From positions 1,152,001 to 1,216,000 of the forward strand of contig CAWBZI010000001.1 in assembly GCA_963793265.1 (NCBI GenBank): a stretch of DNA of 64,000 nt, written 5' to 3'. This document shows positions 39,118-49,191 of this stretch, in pieces. The stretch is from an uncultured cyanobacterium. GTDB lineage: Bacteria; Cyanobacteriota; Cyanobacteriia; Phormidesmidales; Phormidesmidaceae. The notes beneath the pieces are model-generated. The model searched no databases. It saw only the letters and a program-made list of their open reading frames with translations, and had not been told where the DNA came from. The stretch's first letter is position 1. Every line of letters starts with the position of its first letter. Both the position numbers and the translations under genes were made by a program.

Positions 39118-42100
39118 TTAGCCCAAGCCGGTTGCGATCGCCTGCACCTGCTCGCTCGTCAGCGCCTGATTAAAAATCTGCACCTCATCCATCGAGCCCA
39201 CTAATCCCTGCGAGCCTTTTCCAATGCCATCGCGAAAGCGAGTTGCCCCGGCAATATTGCCCAAAGCAATGCGATCGCCGTGCCCCCAAAGCTGAGAGCC
39301 CTCGCCGCTACCGATCTTCTCACCGTCCAAATAAGCCGTGAGCGCGTTAGGTTGCAGCGTGCTTCCCCCGTCTAACACCACCGCAACGTGGTGCCAGTCG
39401 CCCGCCGTCACACCATCAGCGGCTATCCAGGTGCCGTTCCAACCGCTCTCTGAATCCGGTCGATTCCAGCCGCCGACGTACAGCTTATCGTCATCTAAGT
39501 AGGCATTGAGCCCTCGCCCGGTGCCGCCTTCTTCATACAGCACTTGCTTGTTAGTATCAGCCGATAGCGCGTCAGCTTTGAACCATAAAGAGAGCGATCG
39601 CTGCGGGTGAATTCCCAAATTAATATCCCTAGAGTTCTTCAGCCGCACGCTGCCCGTCCCGTCCATCTTGAGCCCTTTCGACCCGTTGAGTCCATCCAAA
39701 TGAGCAACTCCATTCCACAGGTCGCCCGCATTATCTTGACCGCTCGTAGAGCTGTCTAGCGCAACGCCTTTGATAATCGACTCGAAGTCAAAGTCAGCAA
39801 TTGGCTCAGCGACATCAACAGGGTTAGGAACGGGTGTTTCTGGAACTGGCGTTTCTGGAACTGGCGTTTCTGGGACTTCTGGAACCTCTGGAACTTCTGG
39901 GACTGGCGGCGTAACTGGCGGAACAGGAACAATCGAATCTTGAGCAAGCTGAAACTCACTATCAGGAAGATTAAACGTAGTCGGCCCGCCCAAACTATTT
40001 GGATCTAGCTCACCTTTATACTCAGCGTCTTCGGCCCACCATTTCTCTTTAAAAGTGACGACAAATGGATACTTCTTAACCTCTCCGGTCACCCGATCCG
40101 AAATGTATTCGTTAATCACAGTGGCATAGGTGCCGTCAGCCAGCGTGTAGTAGCCCTTTCTCTCTAAGAGCGTTCTAATGCCCTGATAGTCAAAAGACAA
40201 ACTTTCATCACCCAGCGGCATCTCAACGGAGCCTAGTGAATCTGTCTTAGTCCCACGAATATCGACATACTTTCCTTGCTCGCTCCCTTCAACGAAAAAG
40301 TCAGCCTGATCGGAAACCTCAAACGTCAGTCTTCCGGGCGTTAGATCCGACTGCTTCAGCCATTCTTCAGGCGGAATATCTATCCCCTTAAGATCTGTAT
40401 TGTTGTTCTTTAGTTCCAGATCAATCCACACCAGCTCTCTATCAGCTAGCTCCGCAGGCCCTTGTCCTACATCCGGCTGAGCGGCAATCCCTTCATTGAA
40501 GCCATCTACCGTCATATTGTTGAATACAAAGTCTTGAACATTCTTCTGTAGCTCAAGACCCTGATTTTTCCATAGCGTAGGATTTTTACTACCAATCAAG
40601 TCAAAATTGTTCAATGTGTAGTGAGAGGTGTACTGAAACTTAGATCCCTTATCGACCTCCCACCCCTTAAAGCCATCCATGACGGTTCTTAAATCGTTCG
40701 TCTGCCGAGGAAAGTCTTTGATTACATGCAGCCCCGTACCCGAAGCAAACACCTCATTGTTCTTAAACCCCTGAATCGGCGGCTGATCGGTATTTACCGT
40801 CTCCCCATCAGGCAGCACCCGCCGCGCTAGCTCTGGCACCGGCAAATCATCAATATCAGCAGGCTTCAGATCAACTCCCCGATGAAAATAGAACATCCCC
40901 GCGTTACGACTGCCCGCCGCCACGTTGCTCTCATTTTCTACTAAGCGACCCTGAAACCAAAAGCCTACACCGGTTCTAGCAAAGTCGTGCGTCCCCGTGC
41001 CCTGCTTCTCAATCACATCATCAATGCCCGGCCCCGTTTTGATCGAAATGTTGTTGCGCATGGCCCCAGTTTCATTTCCGCTCTCAGTTACAAAAGCGCC
41101 GCCGTCCACATCGTAGGCAACATTGTTCTCTAAAATAGCGCTGCTGTCATGCACCACAAAGCCCCAGCCGGGCGAGCCATCGACCACATTGCCCACCATC
41201 ACCGCAGGCTCTCCTTCAGTACCGGAGCGGTGAATATGTGCAGAATAGCGACCGGCAATGTTTTTACGCGCACCAGGGACAGGATTACCCTGTCCGTCTA
41301 GCACCCGCTGAGGATAAGTGCCGCCTGTGTCTTTGAAGTCATCTAACGGCTTCGTTTTATCCGTACGGCCCAAGTCTCGAAACTCAGCGTAGCGAATGTC
41401 TACGTCGTCAGAGTGCATAAACATCGTGTGCCCGCGCTGGCTATTAGGCAAAGCGTCGCCGTTTTCGCTGGCAATCACAATGTTGCGGCTTTGATTGGCA
41501 ACATACGCCTTTAGGTCACCTCTGGGCGTTGTATGGTCAAACTTTAGGGCGCGATCTAGCGTGATGCGCTTGCCTTCAATGCCGGTGACGACAACTTCTT
41601 CGTCTTGAGTCAGCGAATCCCATTTTTGGCCCGCCCGCTCAGAAGGGTACTGCGTGCCAGTGAGAACAAGGCGATCGCCCACCTGCCAATTGACCGGGGC
41701 TGACTGTAGGGAAAGTGTGCGATCGCCCGCCATGGGATCAGCCGCCACCTTTACATGAGAGGTTTTCGCCTGCCCGAACATCTGCACATCGCCGTGAGAG
41801 ATCAGCCCTCTGCTGAGCTGCGTCGGATCCCAATTCAAATCAATTGGGCCATTATCTGCAATCAAGATCTCAGTGGTCACATTGGCCTTTACCGGATCGC
41901 CTTTTGTACCCACCGTCAGCCTACCTTCAGGCGAGACAACAAAAGTATCGATCACCATTTTGGTGTTTTTATCTGTTGCAAACTTAAGCTGACCGTCTAC
42001 ATCGAGGGTAAACAGACGCGCCTCGCTTTGCCCGTCGTAGTTTACGCTAACGCCCTTGCGAATCAATACCTTTGCATTATTACCAGGGACTTTTCCACCC

Positions 42101-42273
42101 TGCCAGGTTGTCGGATCAAACCAGGAGCCGCTTTTAGTAGCGACGTGAGTAGGCGTGCCCGCAGAAACAAGCGCCATTGCCGCGTTATGTTCGGCTTGCT
42201 TAACAGGGCTGTCGGCGTGGGCCTGCATTGCACTGTGAGGTGCAGTGCCTGATTGAGCTGTTGATGCTGCCAT
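39118..42273 (-). CDS. G8-domain / beta-helix protein with Pro-rich linker and C-terminal LamG (ConA-like) domain
   Basis: SGSWFDP.TW..G.VP G8 start, NWQVGDRLVL, GRYSAHIH, PEV/PETPV linker, WHHVAVV..YLDG..G.MDEVQIFN.AL. Confidence 0.85.
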   Translation of the reverse strand: MAASTAQSGTAPHSAMQAHADSPVKQAEHNAAMALVSAGTPTHVATKSGSWFDPTTWQGGKVPGNNAKVLIRKGVSVNYDGQSEARLFTLDVDGQLKFATDKNTKMVIDTFVVSPEGRLTVGTKGDPVKANVTTEILIADNGPIDLNWDPTQLSRGLISHGDVQMFGQAKTSHVKVAADPMAGDRTLSLQSAPVNWQVGDRLVLTGTQYPSERAGQKWDSLTQDEEVVVTGIEGKRITLDRALKFDHTTPRGDLKAYVANQSRNIVIASENGDALPNSQRGHTMFMHSDDVDIRYAEFRDLGRTDKTKPLDDFKDTGGTYPQRVLDGQGNPVPGARKNIAGRYSAHIHRSGTEGEPAVMVGNVVDGSPGWGFVVHDSSAILENNVAYDVDGGAFVTESGNETGAMRNNISIKTGPGIDDVIEKQGTGTHDFARTGVGFWFQGRLVENESNVAAGSRNAGMFYFHRGVDLKPADIDDLPVPELARRVLPDGETVNTDQPPIQGFKNNEVFASGTGLHVIKDFPRQTNDLRTVMDGFKGWEVDKGSKFQYTSHYTLNNFDLIGSKNPTLWKNQGLELQKNVQDFVFNNMTVDGFNEGIAAQPDVGQGPAELADRELVWIDLELKNNNTDLKGIDIPPEEWLKQSDLTPGRLTFEVSDQADFFVEGSEQGKYVDIRGTKTDSLGSVEMPLGDESLSFDYQGIRTLLERKGYYTLADGTYATVINEYISDRVTGEVKKYPFVVTFKEKWWAEDAEYKGELDPNSLGGPTTFNLPDSEFQLAQDSIVPVPPVTPPVPEVPEVPEVPETPVPETPVPETPVPNPVDVAEPIADFDFESIIKGVALDSSTSGQDNAGDLWNGVAHLDGLNGSKGLKMDGTGSVRLKNSRDINLGIHPQRSLSLWFKADALSADTNKQVLYEEGGTGRGLNAYLDDDKLYVGGWNRPDSESGWNGTWIAADGVTAGDWHHVAVVLDGGSTLQPNALTAYLDGEKIGSGEGSQLWGHGDRIALGNIAGATRFRDGIGKGSQGLVGSMDEVQIFNQALTSEQVQAIATGLG
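39827..39929 (-). repeat. 9- and 15-bp tandem repeats encoding a PEV/PETPV linker
   Basis: tggaactggcgtttc units and ttctggaac-type units. Confidence 0.8.
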
Positions 42274-42585
42274 AGATATAAAAAACCTGAGAAAACCTGA
42301 AAATTACGTGACTGTCGCAAATACTTTTCAGGTAGATGCTTTACGCTCCCCTCTACTCACGCGCATTACCATGTCAGGATTTATACCCGTAGTTTTCTAT
42401 AGGTGGCAAACCATAAAAATCAATAAATCCTTATGTATCAACAGCTATATACTTTATGAGAATACAAAGAAGTTTTGTTAATAAAACATCAATGTTCTTT
42501 TATCAAAACGTGAGGGGGAAGACCCCTCAATCGCTCTACTGCTGGCCTGTTAAAGGTTGCAAAAGGCAGGCTATTTTTGATGATA

Positions 42586-45144
42586 CTAAACCCCAAACTC
42601 CGAAGTCGCAGAGACTAATTCCTGAGAATTCTTCGTATTCCCTAGCAAATCACTGCTATTTTCCTCCCCAAAAACGAAGCGATCGCTACTATCAACACCC
42701 ATCAAAAGCACATCATTCTGAGACAAATCAGAAGCGTCTGCTAATAGAGCATCGGTATTCATCGCCGCGACTACCGCCGAGCGATCCTGAGAATCAGCCG
42801 AGAGCAAGGCATCGCGATAAAGCAAACTCTCATTCTCCACAGCCACATCTGCACCCAAGCCAACCACATCCGCAGCCGCAACAAGATCAGCCTTTGCGCC
42901 CGGCAGTCGAAACCGACTCCGTGGCAGATTCACCGCTGTCGGCCCGCCCAAACTACTTGGATCTAGTTCTCCTAAATAGCGCGCATTCTCCGTCCATACA
43001 GTCTCCTTAAAGGTCACAATCAGCGGATACTTCTTAGTCTCACCCATCACCCGGTCTGAAACATACTCATTAATCACTGTCGCCCGCCTGCCATCAGGCA
43101 GCGTGTAATAGCCTTTGTTATTAACCAAATTCAGGATGCCTTGATAGTCAAAAGACAAACTCTCTTCACCAAAAGGCATCGCCACCGTTCCTAGCGAATC
43201 GGTCTTGGTACCGCGAACGCTCACAAAGTCGAATTCGCCATTTTCAACTAGAAGATCGGCATTATCAGAAACCGCAAACTCCAATCTCCCAGGCGTTAGG
43301 TCAGACTGATTTAGCCACTCCTCAGGCGGAATGTTGATCCCTTTGAGATCTGTCTGATTATTCTTCAGCGCCAGATCAATCCAAAACAATCCTCTATCAG
43401 CCAGCTCAGCAGTTCCTTGCCCCGTGTCTGGCTGAGCCGCGATTCCCGAGCTAAAGCCGTCTACCGTCATGTTATTAAACACAAAGTCTTGAACATTCTT
43501 TTGCAATTCAAGCCCCTGACTTTCCCACTTAATCTTGTCTTGAGAGCCGATCAAATCAAAGTTGTTCAGCGTGTAGTGAGAGGTGTACTGAAACTTAGAC
43601 CCCTTGTTCACCTCCCACCCCTTAAAGCCATCCATGACAGTCCTCAAGTCGTTCGTCTGCCGAGGAAAGTCTTTAATTACATGCAGCCCCATCCCAGAAG
43701 CAAACACCTCATTGTTCTTAAACCCTTGAATCGGCGGCTGGTCAGTACTAACTGTTTTGCCATCATCTAGCACCCGCCGCGCCAGCTCTGGCACCGGCAA
43801 ATCCTTAATCTCAGCCGGTAGCAAATCAACCCCCCGATGAAAATAAAACATCCCCGCATTACGACTGCCTGCCGCCACGTTGTTCTCATTCTCCATCAGA
43901 CGACCCTGAAACCAAAAGCCCACGCCCGTTCGCGCAAAGTCGTGCGTGCCCGTACCCTGCTTCTCAATCACGCCGTCAATACCCGGCCCCGTTTTAATCG
44001 AGATATTGTTGCGCATCGCCCCGGTTTCATTCCCGCTTTCAGTTACAAAAGCGCCACCATCCACGTCATAGGCCACGTTGTTCTCTAAAATCGCGCTGCT
44101 GTCATGCACCACAAAGCCCCAGCCGGGCGAGCCATCGACCACGTTGCCCACCATTACCGCAGGGGTTCCATCAGTCCCGGCCTTATGCAAATGCACCGCG
44201 TAGCGACCGGCAATATTAGTACGCGCCCCCGGCACAGGATTGCCCTGTCCGTCTAGCACGCGCTGAGGAAACTTACCGCCCGTATCTTTGAAGTCATCCA
44301 GCGGCCTAGTTTTATCCGTACGGCCCAAGTCTCGAAACTCAGCGTAGCGAATATCCACATCGTTAGTATGCATAAACATGGCGTGCCCACGATGAGAAAT
44401 TGGTGAGGCTTCACCGCTTTCACTCGCGATCGCAATATTCCGGCTCTGGTTAGCCACATACGCTTTCAAATCCCCTCTCGGCGTCGTATGGTCAAACTTT
44501 AGCGGGCGATCCAACGTAATTTGGTTACCCTCAATCGCAGCGATCGCAACCTCTTCATCCTGCGTGCGCGCCTCCCACTGCTGCCCTGCTAGCTCAGCCG
44601 GATACTTCGTGCCCGTGAGCACCAGGCGATCGCCCGCCCGCCAGTTTGCCGGAGCTGATTGGAGAGAAAGTGTGCGATCGCCCGCCCTCGGATCAGCCGC
44701 CACCTTCACATGAGACGTTTTTGCTGCCCCGTGCATTCTCACCTTTCCTGCCGACACCAGCCCGCGCCCTAGCTGCTGCGGATCGCGGCCCAAATCCAGC
44801 GGCCCATTATCTGCAATCAAAATCTCAGCTTTGGCCGTCACCGGGTTCTGCTCAGTGCCGATCTCTAGCTGCCCGCCCATCGCCACCACCACCGTATCCA
44901 CCACCATTTTGGTATCAACTGCGGTCGCAAACCTGAGCTGCCCGTCTACATCAATCGTGTCGAGACGAGCATCGCTTTTGCCGTTATAAGTTACGCTGAG
45001 GCCCTGTGCGATCGCTACTTTTGCCCCGTTGCCTGGCACCACGCCCCCTTGCCACGTTGCTGGATCAAACCAAACTCCGCTGCGCTGCGCCACGTGCGTA
45101 GGCTGACCTAAATTAAAAGCATCAATCCCGTTTGCCATTGCCAT
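42586..45144 (-). CDS. G8-domain / beta-helix protein, paralogue of 39118-42273
   Basis: Long near-identical blocks with the neighbour (GSPGWGFVVHDSSAILENNVAYDVDGGAFVTESGNE); different acidic C-terminus. Confidence 0.85.
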   Translation of the reverse strand: MAMANGIDAFNLGQPTHVAQRSGVWFDPATWQGGVVPGNGAKVAIAQGLSVTYNGKSDARLDTIDVDGQLRFATAVDTKMVVDTVVVAMGGQLEIGTEQNPVTAKAEILIADNGPLDLGRDPQQLGRGLVSAGKVRMHGAAKTSHVKVAADPRAGDRTLSLQSAPANWRAGDRLVLTGTKYPAELAGQQWEARTQDEEVAIAAIEGNQITLDRPLKFDHTTPRGDLKAYVANQSRNIAIASESGEASPISHRGHAMFMHTNDVDIRYAEFRDLGRTDKTRPLDDFKDTGGKFPQRVLDGQGNPVPGARTNIAGRYAVHLHKAGTDGTPAVMVGNVVDGSPGWGFVVHDSSAILENNVAYDVDGGAFVTESGNETGAMRNNISIKTGPGIDGVIEKQGTGTHDFARTGVGFWFQGRLMENENNVAAGSRNAGMFYFHRGVDLLPAEIKDLPVPELARRVLDDGKTVSTDQPPIQGFKNNEVFASGMGLHVIKDFPRQTNDLRTVMDGFKGWEVNKGSKFQYTSHYTLNNFDLIGSQDKIKWESQGLELQKNVQDFVFNNMTVDGFSSGIAAQPDTGQGTAELADRGLFWIDLALKNNQTDLKGINIPPEEWLNQSDLTPGRLEFAVSDNADLLVENGEFDFVSVRGTKTDSLGTVAMPFGEESLSFDYQGILNLVNNKGYYTLPDGRRATVINEYVSDRVMGETKKYPLIVTFKETVWTENARYLGELDPSSLGGPTAVNLPRSRFRLPGAKADLVAAADVVGLGADVAVENESLLYRDALLSADSQDRSAVVAAMNTDALLADASDLSQNDVLLMGVDSSDRFVFGEENSSDLLGNTKNSQELVSATSEFGV

Positions 45145-45427
45145 AAGAAATAATCCGTGAGAATGAACCCTAAAAAGAACAAAAGAGATTTTATTAGCGC
45201 CATTTACAGTCTTTAAAAATAAGCTCGTTTTAAGGGCAAATGTCTTTATGTTAGGATCTTACATACTCAGTGATGATTGATACATGCCACAGGCTACAAA
45301 GCACGGAGTAGACACGCCACATATATTCGCAAAGCTCTCTTATATCAGCACTTTCAGCTATCAGTAAACATTTATAAAAGAGTTTTAAACGCAACAAAAA
45401 TAGCCTATGACTAGCCATAGGAAAATC

Positions 45428-45461
45428 AAAAAATAGGGGCATAGCAGTGCTATGCCCCTAT
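45428..45461 (-). terminator. Rho-independent terminator of gap1
   Basis: ATAGGGGCATAGC-agt-GCTATGCCCCTAT, with an A-run giving a U tract on the minus strand. Confidence 0.8.
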
Positions 45462-45522
45462 CAGGTTTCGACGGTATGTTTTAACGAAGGGTTGCGCCAG
45501 ATGTCCTAGCAATAATTCCGAG

Positions 45523-46584
45523 CTAAGCTGCGGCCATTGCTGCGCTAGCCACATCAGCCGTCAAAATACCCTCAGACTGCGCCATATAAAGCATCAGATC
45601 CATTACTCGGTTCGAGTAACCCCACTCATTGTCATACCAAGCAAGCACTTTAAAGAAGCGATCGTTTAGCTCCATACCCGCTTTGGCATCAAAAACGCTA
45701 GAGCGAGGATCGCCTGTAAAGTCTGAAGACACCAAAGGCTCCTCGGTGTAGCCCAGTACGCCACGAAGGCTATCCAAAGAAGCTTCCTGCATCTTTGAAC
45801 AGATTTCAGCATAGGAAGTTGCCTTCTCAGTGCGGAAGGTAAGATCAACCACAGAAACATCAGGCGTAGGCACCCGAATCGCCATACCCGTGAGCTTGCC
45901 AGCTAGCTCAGGTAATACCAAAGTCACCGCTTTAGCCGCGCCCGTAGACGCTGGAATCAAGTTTTGCCCTGCGCCGCGACCGCTGCGGAAATCCTTATTA
46001 CAAGGGCTATCCACCGTAGGCTGAGTCGCCGTAGACGCATGAATCGTCGTCATCAAGCCTTCAGCCAAACCAAAGTTGTCATTAATCACTTTGGCAATGG
46101 GCGCAAGACAGTTAGTCGTGCAGCTCGCATTAGACACAATCCGATCGCTCGCTGGATTAAACGTCTCATGGTTAACACCCACTAAGAACGTACGCACCTG
46201 ATCGGGGCTCTTTGTCGGCGCAGAGATAATCACGCGCTTAGCACCTGCAACCAAGTGAGCATTCGCCGTGTCGTGAGTGGTAAATAGGCCCGTTGCCTCA
46301 ATTACGTAGTCCGCGCCAATCTCGCCCCAAGGTAGCTCAGTTGGGTTGCGAATAGAGGTGCAAGGAATGAAGCGACCGTTCACGATAATGCCGTTGTCGC
46401 GAGCTTCTACATCACCAGGAAAGGTGCCGTGAGTAGAGTCGTACTTGAGCAAGTAGGCTAGCGTCTCAGGGGGAACTAAGTCGTTGATGCCAACAAACTC
46501 GATATTGCGGTTATTGATAGCCGCGCGAAAAACGAGGCGACCAATCCGGCCAAATCCATTAATACCAACTTTTAGAGCAGCCAT
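45523..46584 (-). CDS. gap1: Glyceraldehyde-3-phosphate dehydrogenase (Gap1 type)
   Basis: [26 protein letters not shown] and WYDNEWGY. Confidence 0.93.
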   Translation of the reverse strand: MAALKVGINGFGRIGRLVFRAAINNRNIEFVGINDLVPPETLAYLLKYDSTHGTFPGDVEARDNGIIVNGRFIPCTSIRNPTELPWGEIGADYVIEATGLFTTHDTANAHLVAGAKRVIISAPTKSPDQVRTFLVGVNHETFNPASDRIVSNASCTTNCLAPIAKVINDNFGLAEGLMTTIHASTATQPTVDSPCNKDFRSGRGAGQNLIPASTGAAKAVTLVLPELAGKLTGMAIRVPTPDVSVVDLTFRTEKATSYAEICSKMQEASLDSLRGVLGYTEEPLVSSDFTGDPRSSVFDAKAGMELNDRFFKVLAWYDNEWGYSNRVMDLMLYMAQSEGILTADVASAAMAAA

Positions 46585-46871
46585 AAGCAAATTTTAGAGA
46601 TGAAGTACGTGGAGGTTTGCAAAGAGTATTAAGCGTGGTGAGCGAAATAAAGCGTTGAATGAGGCGTTATGTGTTTCGCTTCTTGATATTCATTTATAGA
46701 GATAAAAATCGAATTTCTGAAGTTCTACACTTTTCCTTCAGACTTGCTCAGAATTACGAAACAAATTGATTAAGCGATGTAACAGAATATATCGGAATAT
46801 CAAGGCAAGTCATTAGTTAATTACATTCGGTTCAAAGGGCATTTCTCACGCTAGCGATCGCACGCCTCTCA

Positions 46872-49085
46872 TCAATGGGTCGCCGTCACAAAAACAATCG
46901 TACGATTCCAGGTGACCGTATTATTCCTAAGCTGCTGAATAAAACAGTCTCTCATCCGATCAACATCCGCAGCAGACACCCCGCCAGCAACCAAAGCCGC
47001 ATGATACTTTCCGCCATCACTTAGCCACCGATCCAGCAGCGCCGCCGACACTAGCAACTGCGACTGAAACGCTGCGATCGCCACCTCACACCTCAGCCCC
47101 GCCCCCTCAAAATAACGCTGCAAATCAGGCACATCCCAATTCAACATGGCATCATCCGATTTGTTGTATATTGCTTCTTCAGCTTCAACAAGCTGTTCAA
47201 ACAAACCACCTGCCATCTTTGAAGCCTCTAACAGGCCCGAAAGCCTTTGCCCACGAGAAGGCACCGATTCAGCCAGCACGATCTTTCCACTATTGCCCAA
47301 TAGCTCAGCCAAAGACGCGATCGCCTCCCCCTTATTCTCAACCGCCATCAGCGCATTACGCCCCACAATCCCATCAAATTTCTCAGGCACATTCTGTTGT
47401 TTCAACGCGCTTACCCAGTCAGAATCCTTCACCCTAAGCACATGTGGCCTCGTCAGCTCACCTAGCATTGCAGACTGTTCTACCAGCGCATCATAATCTT
47501 TCACCGACCGCACGCAGCTAAACACGCCGCCTTCCGGCACCCGCCGCACCGCTTCCCAAGTCAACAAACCCGTATTCGCATTGAGATCCAACAGAACGTG
47601 ATGCCGCTGAGGATTGAGCGAATCGAACAGGCGATCGCGCACCTCTCCCAACTGCGCTCCCAGCGCCCCCGTCGCCCGTTGCAGCCATTGATCTTCTGCC
47701 ACATTCTCAGGCCCCACCGTCAGCGCCTCCGGCAAACTTCGCTCCGCATTACTCTCCACCAGCGCCGCAAGCTGAGCCTCCCGACGCCGCGCTACCTGAA
47801 GCTGAATCCCCGCCTCATACCCCTGATCCGAAGGTTGATAAAACACCTGCCCCTGCAAGCTACCCGGCAAATACTGCTGCGCCACCCAATGATCGCGATA
47901 CGCATGAGGATACAAATACCCCGCCCCGTGCCCAAACCCCTTTTTATCCCGCGTCGCATCCCGCATCGCATTCGGCACTTCGCCCGCCTTCTCTTCCTTC
48001 ACCGCCGCTAGCGCGTCAAAAAACGCCATCACGCTATTACTCTTCGGAGCCGTCGCCAAATATAGCGTTGCCTGCGCCAGCGGATAGCGCCCCTCCGGCA
48101 TTCCCACCCGGTCAAACGCCGCCGCACAGCCCGTCACCACAACCACCGCATTCGGGTCAGCCATCCCCACATCCTCGCCCGCCAAAATCACTAGCCGCCG
48201 GAAAATATAGCGCGGGTCTTCTCCGGCATACACCATTCGCGCCAGCCAGTACAGCGCCGCATCAGGATCAGAGCCGCGAACGCTTTTAATGAAGGCGCTA
48301 ATCGTATCAAAGTGCGCATCGCCTTCTTTGTCGTATAGCACCGCCCGCTGTTGAATCGACTCTTCTGCCACCGGCAGCGTAATGTGAATAATATTGTTGT
48401 CATCCGGCGGCGTTGTTTCTACCGCGAGTTCCACCGCATTTAGAAGCGATCGCGCATCTCCATTGGCCACATTCACCAAATGCGCCCGAGCCTCATCCGC
48501 TATCTGAATATCTTTCTCTCCATATCCCCGCTTCTCATCGCGCAACACCTGTTGCAAAACGCCCTCCAAATCACTCGCCTCCAGCGGCTTTAGCTGAAAG
48601 ATTCGAGAACGACTCACTAGCGCTTTATTCACCTCAAAAAAGGGATTTTCAGTTGTTGCCCCAATCAAAATCACCGTGCCATTTTCTACCCAGGGCAACA
48701 GCGCATCCTGCTGAGCTTTGTTAAACCGATGCACCTCATCAATAAACAAAATTGTGCGCTGCCCGTACTGTCCCCGTTGCGCCTGAGCTAGCTCAATCGC
48801 ACCCCGAATATCTTTGACCCCGCCCAGCACCGCGTTGATTGCCACAAATTGAGCCCGCGTCGTATTGGCAATCACCCGAGCCAGCGTTGTTTTACCCGTA
48901 CCTGGCGGGCCATAAAAAATTAGAGAAGAGAGCTGATCGGCTTCGATGGCACGACGCAGCAGGCGACCGGGGCCAATGATGTCGTTTTGGCCGATGAATT
49001 CGCTGAGCGATCGCGGCCTCATCCGAGCGGCCAAAGGTGCTTCAGAGGCAATCACTTCCTGCCGCCTTTGCTCAAATAAATCCAT
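46872..49085 (-). CDS. rarA: Replication-associated recombination ATPase RarA/MgsA with extra C-terminal domain
   Basis: [42 protein letters not shown] and YLYPH. Confidence 0.92.
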   Translation of the reverse strand: MDLFEQRRQEVIASEAPLAARMRPRSLSEFIGQNDIIGPGRLLRRAIEADQLSSLIFYGPPGTGKTTLARVIANTTRAQFVAINAVLGGVKDIRGAIELAQAQRGQYGQRTILFIDEVHRFNKAQQDALLPWVENGTVILIGATTENPFFEVNKALVSRSRIFQLKPLEASDLEGVLQQVLRDEKRGYGEKDIQIADEARAHLVNVANGDARSLLNAVELAVETTPPDDNNIIHITLPVAEESIQQRAVLYDKEGDAHFDTISAFIKSVRGSDPDAALYWLARMVYAGEDPRYIFRRLVILAGEDVGMADPNAVVVVTGCAAAFDRVGMPEGRYPLAQATLYLATAPKSNSVMAFFDALAAVKEEKAGEVPNAMRDATRDKKGFGHGAGYLYPHAYRDHWVAQQYLPGSLQGQVFYQPSDQGYEAGIQLQVARRREAQLAALVESNAERSLPEALTVGPENVAEDQWLQRATGALGAQLGEVRDRLFDSLNPQRHHVLLDLNANTGLLTWEAVRRVPEGGVFSCVRSVKDYDALVEQSAMLGELTRPHVLRVKDSDWVSALKQQNVPEKFDGIVGRNALMAVENKGEAIASLAELLGNSGKIVLAESVPSRGQRLSGLLEASKMAGGLFEQLVEAEEAIYNKSDDAMLNWDVPDLQRYFEGAGLRCEVAIAAFQSQLLVSAALLDRWLSDGGKYHAALVAGGVSAADVDRMRDCFIQQLRNNTVTWNRTIVFVTATH

Positions 49086-49191
49086 TGCTCACCCTGCCCT
49101 TCCAACCTATCGCCAGCGCCTCACAAATCTTACATATCAAAAAAACTTTTGGGCACCTTAAAAGCAAAAGACGACCATCAGGTGATAGCCC

